Assembly (NCBI GenBank): GCA_021776825.1
Contig: JAJFFG010000128.1
Span: 353 to 64,352, forward strand
Source of the DNA: Planctomycetota bacterium
Lineage (GTDB): Bacteria; Planctomycetota; JAJSAM01; JAJVHW01
Direction: 5' to 3'
DNA: 64,000 nucleotides
Part shown: piece after piece, positions 19,017 through 28,208 of the stretch
Numbering within the stretch: the first letter of the stretch is position 1
Layout of the letters: every line of letters begins with the position of its first letter
Translations under genes and position numbers: made by a program
The notes under the pieces: model-generated
The model's database searches: none
What the model saw: only the letters and a program-made list of their open reading frames with translations
Told to the model about the DNA's origin: nothing

Positions 19017-19763
19017 ATGAGCGACGGCGGACTGTGGTGGGAGACCTTCTTCGGCGGTCTCTGGCTCGAGGTGCAGCGCGATGCCTTCTGGCACGAGCGT
19101 GCCGACGCTGGAGCGGACTGCGTCGAGAAGGCACTCGGCCTCGAGCCCGGCGCTGCCGTGCTGGACGCGCCGTGCGGTGACGCGCGCATCGGTCGCGCAC
19201 TCGCGGCACGTGGCTACGCGGTCACGGGCATCGACCTCTGCCAGCCGCTCCTCGACGACGCCCAGCGCCTCGCCGACGACGCCGGAGTGGCGATCCGGCT
19301 CGCGCGGCACGACCTACGGGACCTCCCGTACGAGGCCGAGTTCGACGGCGTCGTCTGCTACTGGGGCAGTTTCGGGTACTTCGACGACGTCGGGAACATC
19401 GAGCAAGCCCGCGCGGCGGCGCGCGCGCTGAAGCCTGGTGGCCGCTACCTGATCGACGGGTACGTGGCCGAGTCGCTCCTCCCGAAGTTCGCCGAGCGGA
19501 GCTGGTCGCGCGCCGGTGACATCCTCCTGGCCGAGAAGCGCAACTGGGACGCCCCGCCGGGGCGCGTCGAGACGGAGTGGACGCTGATCCGGGGCGAAGT
19601 CCATGAGACGCGCCACACCTCGATCCGCATCTACACGGTGCGCGAGACGCTGCATCTGCTGGAGTCGGCTGGGTTCGGGGACGTCACGATCTACGGGGAT
19701 CGGGACCTCTCGCCGTTCGAGCTGGGATCGCCGCGCGCGGTCGTCGTCGCCACGAAGGCCTGA
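19017..19763 (+). CDS. Class I SAM-dependent methyltransferase
   Basis: VLDAPCGDAR motif I, GIDL, SFGYF, LKPGGRYLID. Confidence 0.9.
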   Translation: MSDGGLWWETFFGGLWLEVQRDAFWHERADAGADCVEKALGLEPGAAVLDAPCGDARIGRALAARGYAVTGIDLCQPLLDDAQRLADDAGVAIRLARHDLRDLPYEAEFDGVVCYWGSFGYFDDVGNIEQARAAARALKPGGRYLIDGYVAESLLPKFAERSWSRAGDILLAEKRNWDAPPGRVETEWTLIRGEVHETRHTSIRIYTVRETLHLLESAGFGDVTIYGDRDLSPFELGSPRAVVVATKA

Positions 19764-19776
19764 GCAGTCCGCGCTG

Positions 19777-20451
19777 TCAGTCCGCGCCGGCGACGAGCGA
19801 GCGGATCAACTCCGGCGTCAACTCGTCGATCGAGTCGAGCACGCGGTCGGCGAGCGAGAAGTCGTTCTGCGCGGTCAACGCGTGCGGGATCGCCACGATG
19901 CGGCAGCCGGCTACGTGCGCGGCCTTCACGCCCTTCCAGGCGTCCTCGATCACGACACAGCGCTTGGGCGGCAGTCCGAGGGCGGCGGCGGCGGTGGCAA
20001 AGGCATCCGGCGCCGGCTTCGAGCTCTCGTACCGATCCCGCGTGATCAGGTCGTCGAAGTAGCCCGCGAGCCCGAACTTCTCCATCACGAACGTGACGTC
20101 GGGCTGGCGCGCGTTCGTGGCGAGCGCGATCGGAAACCGGCCCTTCAGACGCTCGAGCGCTGCCACCGCGCCAGGCATCAGCTCGACCTCGTTGCGGAGC
20201 AGTCGATGGAAGATTGGGTTCTTGCGAGAGCGGATCTCGTCGGGCGGCACAGGCAGGCCGAACGTCCGCACGGCGTATTCGGGCCCCGTGCCGGAGGCGA
20301 TCCACTCGCGGCCGTAGACCTCGGGTGTCACGGACACCCCGAACTCGGCGAGCACCTCGGAGTAGGCTCGGTAGTAGAGGTTCTCGGAGTCGATGACGAC
20401 GCCGTCGAAGTCGAACAGAACCCCGCACGCCGCGATTTCGGCCTTCGCCAA
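19777..20451 (-). CDS. HAD-IA family phosphatase (beta-phosphoglucomutase/CbbY-like)
   Basis: FDFDGVVIDSE motif I, ATN, SKPAPD, VIEDAWKG; TTG start after GGGGAG. Confidence 0.9.
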   Translation of the reverse strand: MAKAEIAACGVLFDFDGVVIDSENLYYRAYSEVLAEFGVSVTPEVYGREWIASGTGPEYAVRTFGLPVPPDEIRSRKNPIFHRLLRNEVELMPGAVAALERLKGRFPIALATNARQPDVTFVMEKFGLAGYFDDLITRDRYESSKPAPDAFATAAAALGLPPKRCVVIEDAWKGVKAAHVAGCRIVAIPHALTAQNDFSLADRVLDSIDELTPELIRSLVAGAD

Positions 20452-20565
20452 TGGACAGTCTCCCCGGTAGTGAATGAGGAACCCGGACCGGAACGATGAA
20501 GCGGTAGAGCATACGGCGGCGAAGCGCGCGGCCGTACGACCGGGCGACGAGGAGGAGACGGCGCG

Positions 20566-22653
20566 ATGTCCACGATCACGTGTCCCGGATGTGGCGGGGT
20601 CTTCCCGCTCGAAGCCGTCGCCGGCTTCGCGAGCTTCCAGTGCAGCCAGTGCGGCACCAACGTGGCGGTACCGACCGCCCAGCCAGCAGCCCCGCCGGCG
20701 ACCCCAGCTCAGAGACCCACGCAGAGGCCAGCCCAGAAGCGAGGCTCGCCGAAGCGAGCCGCGCGACAGAGCGCACAGCGTCGGACGCGAGCGGCTCCGG
20801 AACACGAGGAGCCCCTGCCGGCCGCTGAGCCGGCTCGCCGTGGACGTCAGCGGCGCGGTGACGGCGACGCCGACGACCTGGCACCGAAGGACCGCTCGCC
20901 GCCGATCGGACTCTTCATCGGCATCGGCGTCGTGGTGCTCGCCGTCGTGGCGTTCGCGCTGACGCGCGGCGACGACATCCCCGAGCCGGTGCGCATCGGC
21001 GCCGACGGAGAGCCGATCACCGCGCCGGCCGTTGCGGACAACGGAGGTCAGCCGGCCGCCGACCCGAATACCGACCCCATCGCGTGGCGCGCCCTCCCAG
21101 CTCAGTCGCGCAAGGACCGCATCACACTGCTGCTCGCCCGCGCCGACACCGAAACAGAGAGCGTGGTTCGTCAGACCGCGGACTTCCTCCGCGAGCGCGG
21201 CGAGATCGCGGCGATCGAGGACCTCGCGCGGCGCTTCCTGAAGCGCGAGCCCACGAACCCCTGGGCCGCCCAGATCGCCGGGCGCCAGGAGGTGACCGCT
21301 CTGATCGACCAGACGCTCCGCAAGTGCGAGATGGCCGACGAAGTCGGCATCGCGTCGGTCATGCGTCTGCGGGAACTGAAGCGGTCCAAGGCGGACGAGA
21401 AGGGCAAGTGGTGGGCTGAGGGCGCGGACCTCGAGGAGGTCACGAAGCTCCTGGCAGAGGTCGAGGCGGAGGAGAAGGCGCTCGAGAACGACGGCGAGTA
21501 CGGCCGCGCTCGCTGGCGCGTCTACCAGGCCTCGACCGAGCCCATCAACCAGTACCCGTTCCTCGACGCGGCCGTCGGGCCCTACCTGATCTTCGTGCAG
21601 GTCGCGGCCGAGAAGGGCACGGCACTCGAGGACTGCGATCCCGAGGCGCGGGCCAACGCCGAGAAGGTGCTGGCGAAGAGCGTGAAGCTCTTCGAGACCT
21701 TCTACGAAGGCTGGATGACCGAGTTCGCCCCGCACTTCGGGTTCGAGCGCTACGACGAGAAGAACGTCGATCACTCGACCATCCTGAAGGCGATCATCTT
21801 CGCGTCGGAGAAGGACTACGCGACGTACAACGCATCGATCGGCTCCCGCCTCGCGAGCTCGGCGCGTGCGTACTACTCGAAGCGCGAGCCCCGTTTCATC
21901 TGCAGCTATGAGGGCGGCGACGAGGAGGACGAGGCGTACACGAACCACGTGCAGGCCCACGAAGCCACGCACCAGCTCGTGCACTTCTTCACGTGGGACA
22001 CGACGCGCAAGGCGATCGGCCGCGAACCCCGCTGGCTCGACGCGCTGCACCGCCCGCTGTGGAGCACCGAGGGATTCGCCGAGTTCTTCTCGGCCTACAC
22101 GGTCGAGGGCGACACGTACTCGTGGATGCAGCCGCTCGACAACCGCATGCAACACCTGTGGATCTTCGGCGGCATCCTCGAGAAGAAGGAGTGGAAGCGC
22201 TGGCCGCTCGATCAGATCCTGCGCATCCGCCACGGCGGCGAGCTCCAGGTGCAGGGCGCCGCGCGCGCGAAGCCTGCTGAGCAGGGGATGGCCGCCAACG
22301 TGATGGCGAACCTCTTCTATGCCGAGGCGTGGAGCTTCGTGCACTTCCTGTGGTACGCCGACGCTGGCGGGGCGCCGAAGTACCGCGATCGACTCATCGA
22401 GTACTTCAAGCTGGAGTTCGAACTCGACTACGGCCAGAGGGGCAAAGAGGGCGCGCCGACGCGCAGGGGGGCGCGCGTCATGACGGATAAGCACTTCAAG
22501 CGCGTGTTCGGGCTCATGGACTCGCCCGCGAAGATGCAGGCGCTCTACGAGGAGTGGAAGGCCTTCGAGAAGGCGCTCCTCGCGAAGCACAAGTCCCCGA
22601 AGTGGGACGAAGAGAAGAAGAAGATCTACAAGAACCTCGGCCTGAAGGAGTAG
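20566..22653 (+). CDS. Zinc-ribbon + TM + DUF1570-like HEXXH metallopeptidase-domain protein
   Basis: CPGC...CSQC N-terminus; single TM; AHEATHQLVH...WSTEGFAEFF; 'FYAEAWSFVHFL'; GAGGAG RBS. Confidence 0.75.
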   Translation: MSTITCPGCGGVFPLEAVAGFASFQCSQCGTNVAVPTAQPAAPPATPAQRPTQRPAQKRGSPKRAARQSAQRRTRAAPEHEEPLPAAEPARRGRQRRGDGDADDLAPKDRSPPIGLFIGIGVVVLAVVAFALTRGDDIPEPVRIGADGEPITAPAVADNGGQPAADPNTDPIAWRALPAQSRKDRITLLLARADTETESVVRQTADFLRERGEIAAIEDLARRFLKREPTNPWAAQIAGRQEVTALIDQTLRKCEMADEVGIASVMRLRELKRSKADEKGKWWAEGADLEEVTKLLAEVEAEEKALENDGEYGRARWRVYQASTEPINQYPFLDAAVGPYLIFVQVAAEKGTALEDCDPEARANAEKVLAKSVKLFETFYEGWMTEFAPHFGFERYDEKNVDHSTILKAIIFASEKDYATYNASIGSRLASSARAYYSKREPRFICSYEGGDEEDEAYTNHVQAHEATHQLVHFFTWDTTRKAIGREPRWLDALHRPLWSTEGFAEFFSAYTVEGDTYSWMQPLDNRMQHLWIFGGILEKKEWKRWPLDQILRIRHGGELQVQGAARAKPAEQGMAANVMANLFYAEAWSFVHFLWYADAGGAPKYRDRLIEYFKLEFELDYGQRGKEGAPTRRGARVMTDKHFKRVFGLMDSPAKMQALYEEWKAFEKALLAKHKSPKWDEEKKKIYKNLGLKE

Positions 22654-22733
22654 CGGGCGGCGCCCTGCGAGCGGCGCGAACTGCGCAACCCGGCGTCCCC
22701 GGTGCGGTTCCACCTCCCCATGGAGGCGACACG

Positions 22734-23201
22734 ATGACTCGTTCGGAGCCCGGCGGTTACACGCGGACGCAGCGCGGCATCTTCCACTGGCTCCTGATCC
22801 TGGCCGGGATCGCCATCGCTGTGCCGGCGGTCGTGATCTCCGACGAGAACCCGCTCGTGCTCGTGGCACTCCTCGTGCCGGCGCTCTTCCTCCTCATCTC
22901 GGCCTGCTTCGCGCGCCTGACCGTGCGAGACGACGGCGACGCGCTCGAGATCGCGTTCGGGCCGCTCGAGCTCTTCCGACGCCGCGTGCCCTACGCGGAC
23001 ATCGAGACCGCGACCCGCGATCGTTCGATCCTGCTCGAGGGCTGGGGCATCCACTACATCCCCGGTCGCGGCGGCTGGATCTGGAACATCCACGGGTTCG
23101 ACTGCGTCCGGCTCTCGCTGCGAGGCGGCAAGCTCCTGCGCGTCGGGACAGGTGATCCCGACGGACTCGCCGCGTTCGTGCAGTCTCGGCTCCCGGGCTG
23201 A
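22734..23201 (+). CDS. Hypothetical membrane protein (2 TM + PH-like domain)
   Basis: GGAGG RBS; conserved-looking 'GWGIH...W.WN..G...V......G....GT.DP' pattern. Confidence 0.7.
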   Translation: MTRSEPGGYTRTQRGIFHWLLILAGIAIAVPAVVISDENPLVLVALLVPALFLLISACFARLTVRDDGDALEIAFGPLELFRRRVPYADIETATRDRSILLEGWGIHYIPGRGGWIWNIHGFDCVRLSLRGGKLLRVGTGDPDGLAAFVQSRLPG

Positions 23202-23310
23202 GCGTCACCTGGCCAGGCCGGGCGGGGCGGGGCGGGGCGGGCGGTCCTGGCCGAGGTGGTTCTGGGCCCGGCGGTCCCGGGCCGGATGGGCGTCTCTCGC
23301 CGCGCGACTC

Positions 23311-23637
23311 CTACGGCGCGGGGGCGAGGGCGGCGATCACGAGCAACCGCTCCGCTCCGGTGTTCCGGATGCCGTGCGGAGTCCCAGAGGGTGCCACCAG
23401 GAGCGTCCCGGCCGACATGGGCTCTTCGCGCCCCTCGAGCAGGAACGCCCCCTCGCCGCTGACCACGACGTAGAGCTTGTCCATGCCCTCGTGGGCGTGG
23501 AGCGCGTGTGACTGGCCCGGCTCGAACGCGTTGAGCCCGACCAGCAGACGCTCGCTCTTGAAGAGCGTGGCCTTGCCCATCTTGTCCGGCCGATAGACCG
23601 CGTGGTCCTCGGGTCGCCGTGGCGTCGGGTGCTCCAT
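23311..23637 (-). CDS. Cupin domain protein
   Basis: HAH..MDKLYVVVSGEG and P.GTPHGIRN cupin motifs; GGAGGAG RBS. Confidence 0.88.
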   Translation of the reverse strand: MEHPTPRRPEDHAVYRPDKMGKATLFKSERLLVGLNAFEPGQSHALHAHEGMDKLYVVVSGEGAFLLEGREEPMSAGTLLVAPSGTPHGIRNTGAERLLVIAALAPAP

Positions 23638-23931
23638 CTCGTTCTCCTCCAAACCGCTCGCCCGAGGCTACGCCGGGCCGGACCGCGGGCTCACACCAGA
23701 TCACGCCACCCCGCGCCAGCACCCCTACGCCGAGCCCGGCGGGCCCATCCCCCGCCTCCACCTCCTGTCGCCGCAGAATCCGCCCGGAGCCGGACCCCAA
23801 CCGTCCCGCGGCACGTGTCGTGCCGCGGCGCGTCGCACCGGTGAAGGCTCTCCAGCAGCGCGCGCGCACCGCCGGACTGCCGCCTGGTAAGAGAAGGACG
23901 CGTGAGATCGCCGAAGGTTACAGCGACCCCA

Positions 23932-23970
23932 GTCTCGTACCTTGGTCTCGTACCTTGGTCCCCTACCCGG
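23932..23970 (+). repeat. 13-bp direct repeat, 2 perfect + 1 degenerate copy (GTCTCGTACCTTG)
   Basis: Copies at 23932-23944, 23945-23957 and 23958-23970, in the divergent intergenic region upstream of the cytochrome operon. Confidence 0.7.
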
Positions 23971-24062
23971 GCCCGGTTCGGCGGGGTAGACTCCAGTTTC
24001 ACGTCGCACCGGCACCTCGCACCGGCAGCGTGAGGGAGACCGCCCGTCGCAGGAGGATGAGG

Positions 24063-25271
24063 ATGACCCGACCGCACCCCAATCGACTCCACCGTGCCGC
24101 AGGACTGCGTCGCCGCGACTTCCTCCGGACGTCCGCGATCGCCGGTGCTGGAGCCGTGGCCGGCGGGACGCTCCTCGGTCACGCCGCCGAAGCAGCGGCG
24201 GCGGGCAAGCGCGTCTACAAGACGAAGCACGTCATCCTGGTCGCCTTCGCTGGCGGTGTGCGCAGCCGCGAGTGCATCGGGACGATGTCGAACATCCCGA
24301 ACATGGCGGCCATCGCCGAGAGTGGCGTGGTCTGCCCCAACGTGCGGGCGGCGAACCTCGGTCACTACGGCGCCGCGCTCGCCATCTTCACCGGCTGCCC
24401 CGAGGCCCGCGGCATCCGCGAGAACGCCCGCGGCCCGCGGCCGACCATCTTCGAGTACCTGCGCAAGGATGCGGGACTGTCGGCGGACCAGGTGTGGCTC
24501 TCGACGACTGCCGGCGCCCAGACCCTGAATTACGCCTACAGCAACAACGACGACTACGGCGCGGCGTACGGCGCCAATCTCATCAGCACGGACGGCCTGT
24601 TCAACGCCGAGTTCCGGGATCTGATCGGCAAGTTCGGGCGCGCATCGCTGCCGAGCGACGAGGAGTCGAAGCGAGTCGAGCGGCTCATGAAGTCGCTCGA
24701 CGAGACCTGGGTGAAGAACGTCCGCGATCCGAAGTTCGCGAACAACCCCGAGACGCAGCTGCGCATCCAGCGCTACATCCTCGAGGAACTCCGCGGCGAC
24801 ACGGCGCGGATCACCGGACCGGGCGCCGGCGACGCCAAGTCGATCCGGGTCGCCCGCAATCTACTGCGGCTGTTCCGGCCGAAGCTGATCTCGATCGTCC
24901 TGCAGAACGCCGACACCGCCCACGGCAGCTACAACGGCTACGTCGACGTCATCCGCCGGAACGACCAGGAGCTCGGACTGCTCTGGCAGTCGGTCCAGGC
25001 CGATCCCGAGCTGCGGGACTCGACCTCGATCTTCATCCTGCCGGAGTTCGGGCGTGACGCGAACCTGAACGAGCGCAACGGCCTCGATCACGGGGACGGC
25101 TCCGAGGATCTCCGCAAGGTGTTCCTGATCGCCGCCGGACCGGACTTCAAGTCGGGCAAGACCATCGCCAAGCCGCTCGACTCGTTCGACGTCTGTCCGA
25201 CGATCGCCCAGATCTTCTCGACAGATCCCGACGAAGCGCGCGGCAAGGCCATGAAGGCCCTCTTCGTCTAG
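24063..25271 (+). CDS. Tat-exported DUF1501-like / alkaline-phosphatase-superfamily protein
   Basis: LRRRDFL twin-arginine signal; VILVAFAGG; C-terminal PEFGRD...GLDHG; AGGAGG RBS. Confidence 0.7.
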   Translation: MTRPHPNRLHRAAGLRRRDFLRTSAIAGAGAVAGGTLLGHAAEAAAAGKRVYKTKHVILVAFAGGVRSRECIGTMSNIPNMAAIAESGVVCPNVRAANLGHYGAALAIFTGCPEARGIRENARGPRPTIFEYLRKDAGLSADQVWLSTTAGAQTLNYAYSNNDDYGAAYGANLISTDGLFNAEFRDLIGKFGRASLPSDEESKRVERLMKSLDETWVKNVRDPKFANNPETQLRIQRYILEELRGDTARITGPGAGDAKSIRVARNLLRLFRPKLISIVLQNADTAHGSYNGYVDVIRRNDQELGLLWQSVQADPELRDSTSIFILPEFGRDANLNERNGLDHGDGSEDLRKVFLIAAGPDFKSGKTIAKPLDSFDVCPTIAQIFSTDPDEARGKAMKALFV

Positions 25272-25274
25272 CCC

Positions 25275-28208
25275 GTGCTGCGCGGCGGCCGCGTCGCCCT
25301 CGCCCTCGTGTTGGCCGCCGCGTTCGCGTGGGCGACCGCCGCAGTCGTGGCCCCTCGGGTCCTCGGGGGCGCCGAGGACGACATGCCGCGCGCGCCGGGC
25401 AACGGGACGTGCGGCACGTGTCACGAGGGACTCGAGGACATGCATCCGTCCTCGCCCGTGACGTGCGTGCAGTGCCACGGCGGCGACGCCACCCAAGGCG
25501 ACATGACGAAGGCGCACGTGACGCCCAGATCACGAGTCCCGGGTGACGAGCGCACGCTCGGCCAGTCATTCGATCCGGAGTATCTACGCTTCCGCGACCC
25601 GGGCGACCTGCGTGCAGCGCCGACGTCCTGCGGCCCGTGTCACCAGCGTGCCGTCTACGACGTGCGCCACTCGCTGCACGCGTCGACGGCCGGTCACCTC
25701 GGGGACGGCCTCTACGAGAACGGCGTCGTCGATCGCAAGGGCCCCGCATTCTCGGTGTTCCCGGTGCGCGACGAACTCCCGCCGGACCTCGAGCGCCCCG
25801 AGGGGGCCGTACCGTTCCTCAAGCAGATCCCCGGGTTCCGCACCGGCGGCGATCCGATGCGCGTCTCGACGCACTTCACAGATCTTCCCCGCAAGACGTG
25901 CATGCAGTGCCACCTCTGGTCTCGTGGCCGCGCCGTGCGCGGACGAGCCGGCATGGACGGTGACTACCGCGGCGAGGGCTGCTCAGCGTGTCACGTGCCG
26001 TACGCCGACGACGGCCTGTCGCTCTCCCGTGACCGCACCATCGACAAGTACGAGCCGGGTCACCCGAAGGAGCACCGAATGGTGCGCTTCCCCGAGACGA
26101 GCACGTGCACGCGCTGTCACTACGGGGATGCGTCGATCGGACTCTCGTTCCGCGGGCTCGCCCAACCCGTCCCCGGGATGCCGCAGTCACCCGACGCGCC
26201 TGGCCTGCATCGCAAGCGCCTGAACGGCGTCTACTACATCGACGATCCCGCCTCGACGCCCGCTGACGTCCATCACCAGCGAGGGATGCACTGCGTCGAC
26301 TGCCACACGCGCAACGACACGATGGGTGACGGGTTCCTCTACACGCGGATGGAGGATGCGACCGAAATCCAATGTCAATCGTGTCACGGTGATTGGACGG
26401 CGTACGCGACGGGACTCACGCGAAAGGGATCGCGTCTTCCGCACCTCGAGATGACCGATGGGAAGGTCTTCTTGAAGAGTCGCGTCACCGGCAAACGGCA
26501 TCGAGTCAAGCAGGCGCGCGACGTCGTTCGGCCCGGTAGCGACGACTTCAACGCGAGCGCCGCGATGGCGATGACCGGCGACCACGGCAATCTCGAGTGC
26601 TACACGTGCCACAGCGGCTGGAACCCGAACTTCTTCGGCTTCCACTTCGACCGAAACGAAGCATTCACTCAGCTCGACGTCCTGTCCGGCAATCGCACGA
26701 CCGGGCGCGTCACGACGCAGGAGAAGGTGTTCTCCACGTTCAAGCACTTCTACCTGGGCTGGAACAGTCACGGGCGGATCGCGCCCTACATGGTCGGCTT
26801 CTCGAGCATGGCGACGGTGCACGACGACGAGAACGAGTTGCTGCTCGATCAGGCTCTCCCGACGACTCGAGCGGGTCTGTCGGGGATGACGATGATCCAC
26901 CACCAGACGCACACGACGACGGCGCGGGCGCGCGAGTGCGTCGAGTGTCATCGCTCGCCGACGACCTACGGCCGCGGGAGCGTGAACTTCCGGCTGACGC
27001 GGGACTTCATGTACGCCGTCGGCAACCAGGGTGTCCGCGCCATCAGCCTGGACCGCAAGAACCCCGGGAACTCGGCGCTGCTCGCGTCGATCGCGATCGA
27101 GGAGGCGCGGACGGTTGCGATCGACCTCGACAAGACGACGGGCTACGCGAAGACGCTCTTCGTCGGCTCGCGCGTCGAAGGGCTGATCGCCGTGTCCTGC
27201 ACGATCCCCGGCTTCCCACGCGTGATCTCGCGGGAGAAGGACGCGTTCGATGACCCGCGGCGCATGCTGTTCGCCGATGGCACGCTCTACGTCGCCGAGG
27301 GGCTCGACGGCGTCCGCGTGTTCGATGTCGGCAATCCGTCGCGGCCGCGAGAGATCGCCCACGTGGCCGACTTCCCGGCGTTCGATCTACACCTCGACGG
27401 GACGACGCTCTACGTGGCCGCCGGCACGAAGGGGCTGATCGCACTCGACGTCCGTACCCCGAGCGAACCGACATCCGTCAGCGCCGGCTTCGACCTGAAC
27501 GGCGGGAGCACGACGACGGTCGACGTGCGGAACGTCTCGCTGCTGTTCCAATACAGCCGCCCGAATGCCGAGCAGACGGAGAAGCGGCGCACGCGGGCTC
27601 GCAACCTGGCCGTAGTCGGCACTCTGCGCCGCGGGCTGTGGCTCGTCGACCTCACGGAGCCCAAGCGACCGAGCGTGATCATGCAGGTCGGAAACGGCCT
27701 TGTGAGCGACGTCGCGATGGGCACGATCTACGAACTCGGCAGCGAGGGCGGCGCGATCCCGACGCAGGAACGCGACTTCGTGTTCGCCATCAATAACAAC
27801 GCGCTGGCGCTGGTCGACGTGACCGACCCGACCGCTCCACAGTTCAAGGGAGCGGTGGGCATCGCCGCCGGTGCACGCAGCCTGCGGGTAGCGCGGATCT
27901 ACAACCCTCCGTTCCTGCAGACCATGGTGATCGTCACCGGCAACGCCGGCGTACAGATCATCGACGTGACCCGCCCGACCAAGCCTGAGATCGTCGCGAC
28001 ACTCAACACCGCGATCGAGTCGTTCGACCTAGCGCTGGAGGAGTTCCCACTCGACCGCACCGTGGACTCCACCGGAGCGCCTATCATGGACGTCAGCCAC
28101 GCCGACGCACGGTGGCTGAGTCAGGCAGAGTTCCTCCGCGTGATGAGTGTCCCCGTGCTCGACTTCGCTCTGCCGCCACCGCGGCGAAAGACAGGAGACG
28201 ATCGATGA
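25275..28208 (+). CDS. Decaheme cytochrome c with C-terminal LVIVD-repeat beta-propeller
   Basis: 10 CXXCH motifs (CGTCH, CVQCH, CGPCH, CMQCH, CSACH, CTRCH, CVDCH, CQSCH, CYTCH, CVECH); signal peptide; LVIVD-type repeats (LYVAEGLDGVRVFDVGNP, LALVDVTDP, VQIIDVTRP). Confidence 0.9.
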   Translation: MLRGGRVALALVLAAAFAWATAAVVAPRVLGGAEDDMPRAPGNGTCGTCHEGLEDMHPSSPVTCVQCHGGDATQGDMTKAHVTPRSRVPGDERTLGQSFDPEYLRFRDPGDLRAAPTSCGPCHQRAVYDVRHSLHASTAGHLGDGLYENGVVDRKGPAFSVFPVRDELPPDLERPEGAVPFLKQIPGFRTGGDPMRVSTHFTDLPRKTCMQCHLWSRGRAVRGRAGMDGDYRGEGCSACHVPYADDGLSLSRDRTIDKYEPGHPKEHRMVRFPETSTCTRCHYGDASIGLSFRGLAQPVPGMPQSPDAPGLHRKRLNGVYYIDDPASTPADVHHQRGMHCVDCHTRNDTMGDGFLYTRMEDATEIQCQSCHGDWTAYATGLTRKGSRLPHLEMTDGKVFLKSRVTGKRHRVKQARDVVRPGSDDFNASAAMAMTGDHGNLECYTCHSGWNPNFFGFHFDRNEAFTQLDVLSGNRTTGRVTTQEKVFSTFKHFYLGWNSHGRIAPYMVGFSSMATVHDDENELLLDQALPTTRAGLSGMTMIHHQTHTTTARARECVECHRSPTTYGRGSVNFRLTRDFMYAVGNQGVRAISLDRKNPGNSALLASIAIEEARTVAIDLDKTTGYAKTLFVGSRVEGLIAVSCTIPGFPRVISREKDAFDDPRRMLFADGTLYVAEGLDGVRVFDVGNPSRPREIAHVADFPAFDLHLDGTTLYVAAGTKGLIALDVRTPSEPTSVSAGFDLNGGSTTTVDVRNVSLLFQYSRPNAEQTEKRRTRARNLAVVGTLRRGLWLVDLTEPKRPSVIMQVGNGLVSDVAMGTIYELGSEGGAIPTQERDFVFAINNNALALVDVTDPTAPQFKGAVGIAAGARSLRVARIYNPPFLQTMVIVTGNAGVQIIDVTRPTKPEIVATLNTAIESFDLALEEFPLDRTVDSTGAPIMDVSHADARWLSQAEFLRVMSVPVLDFALPPPRRKTGDDR

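Noticed and set aside
19777..22869. 1030-aa ORF suggesting a giant HAD fusion
   Set aside because: Only the last 224 aa are HAD, with their own RBS and TTG at 20451; the rest is antisense to 20566..22653
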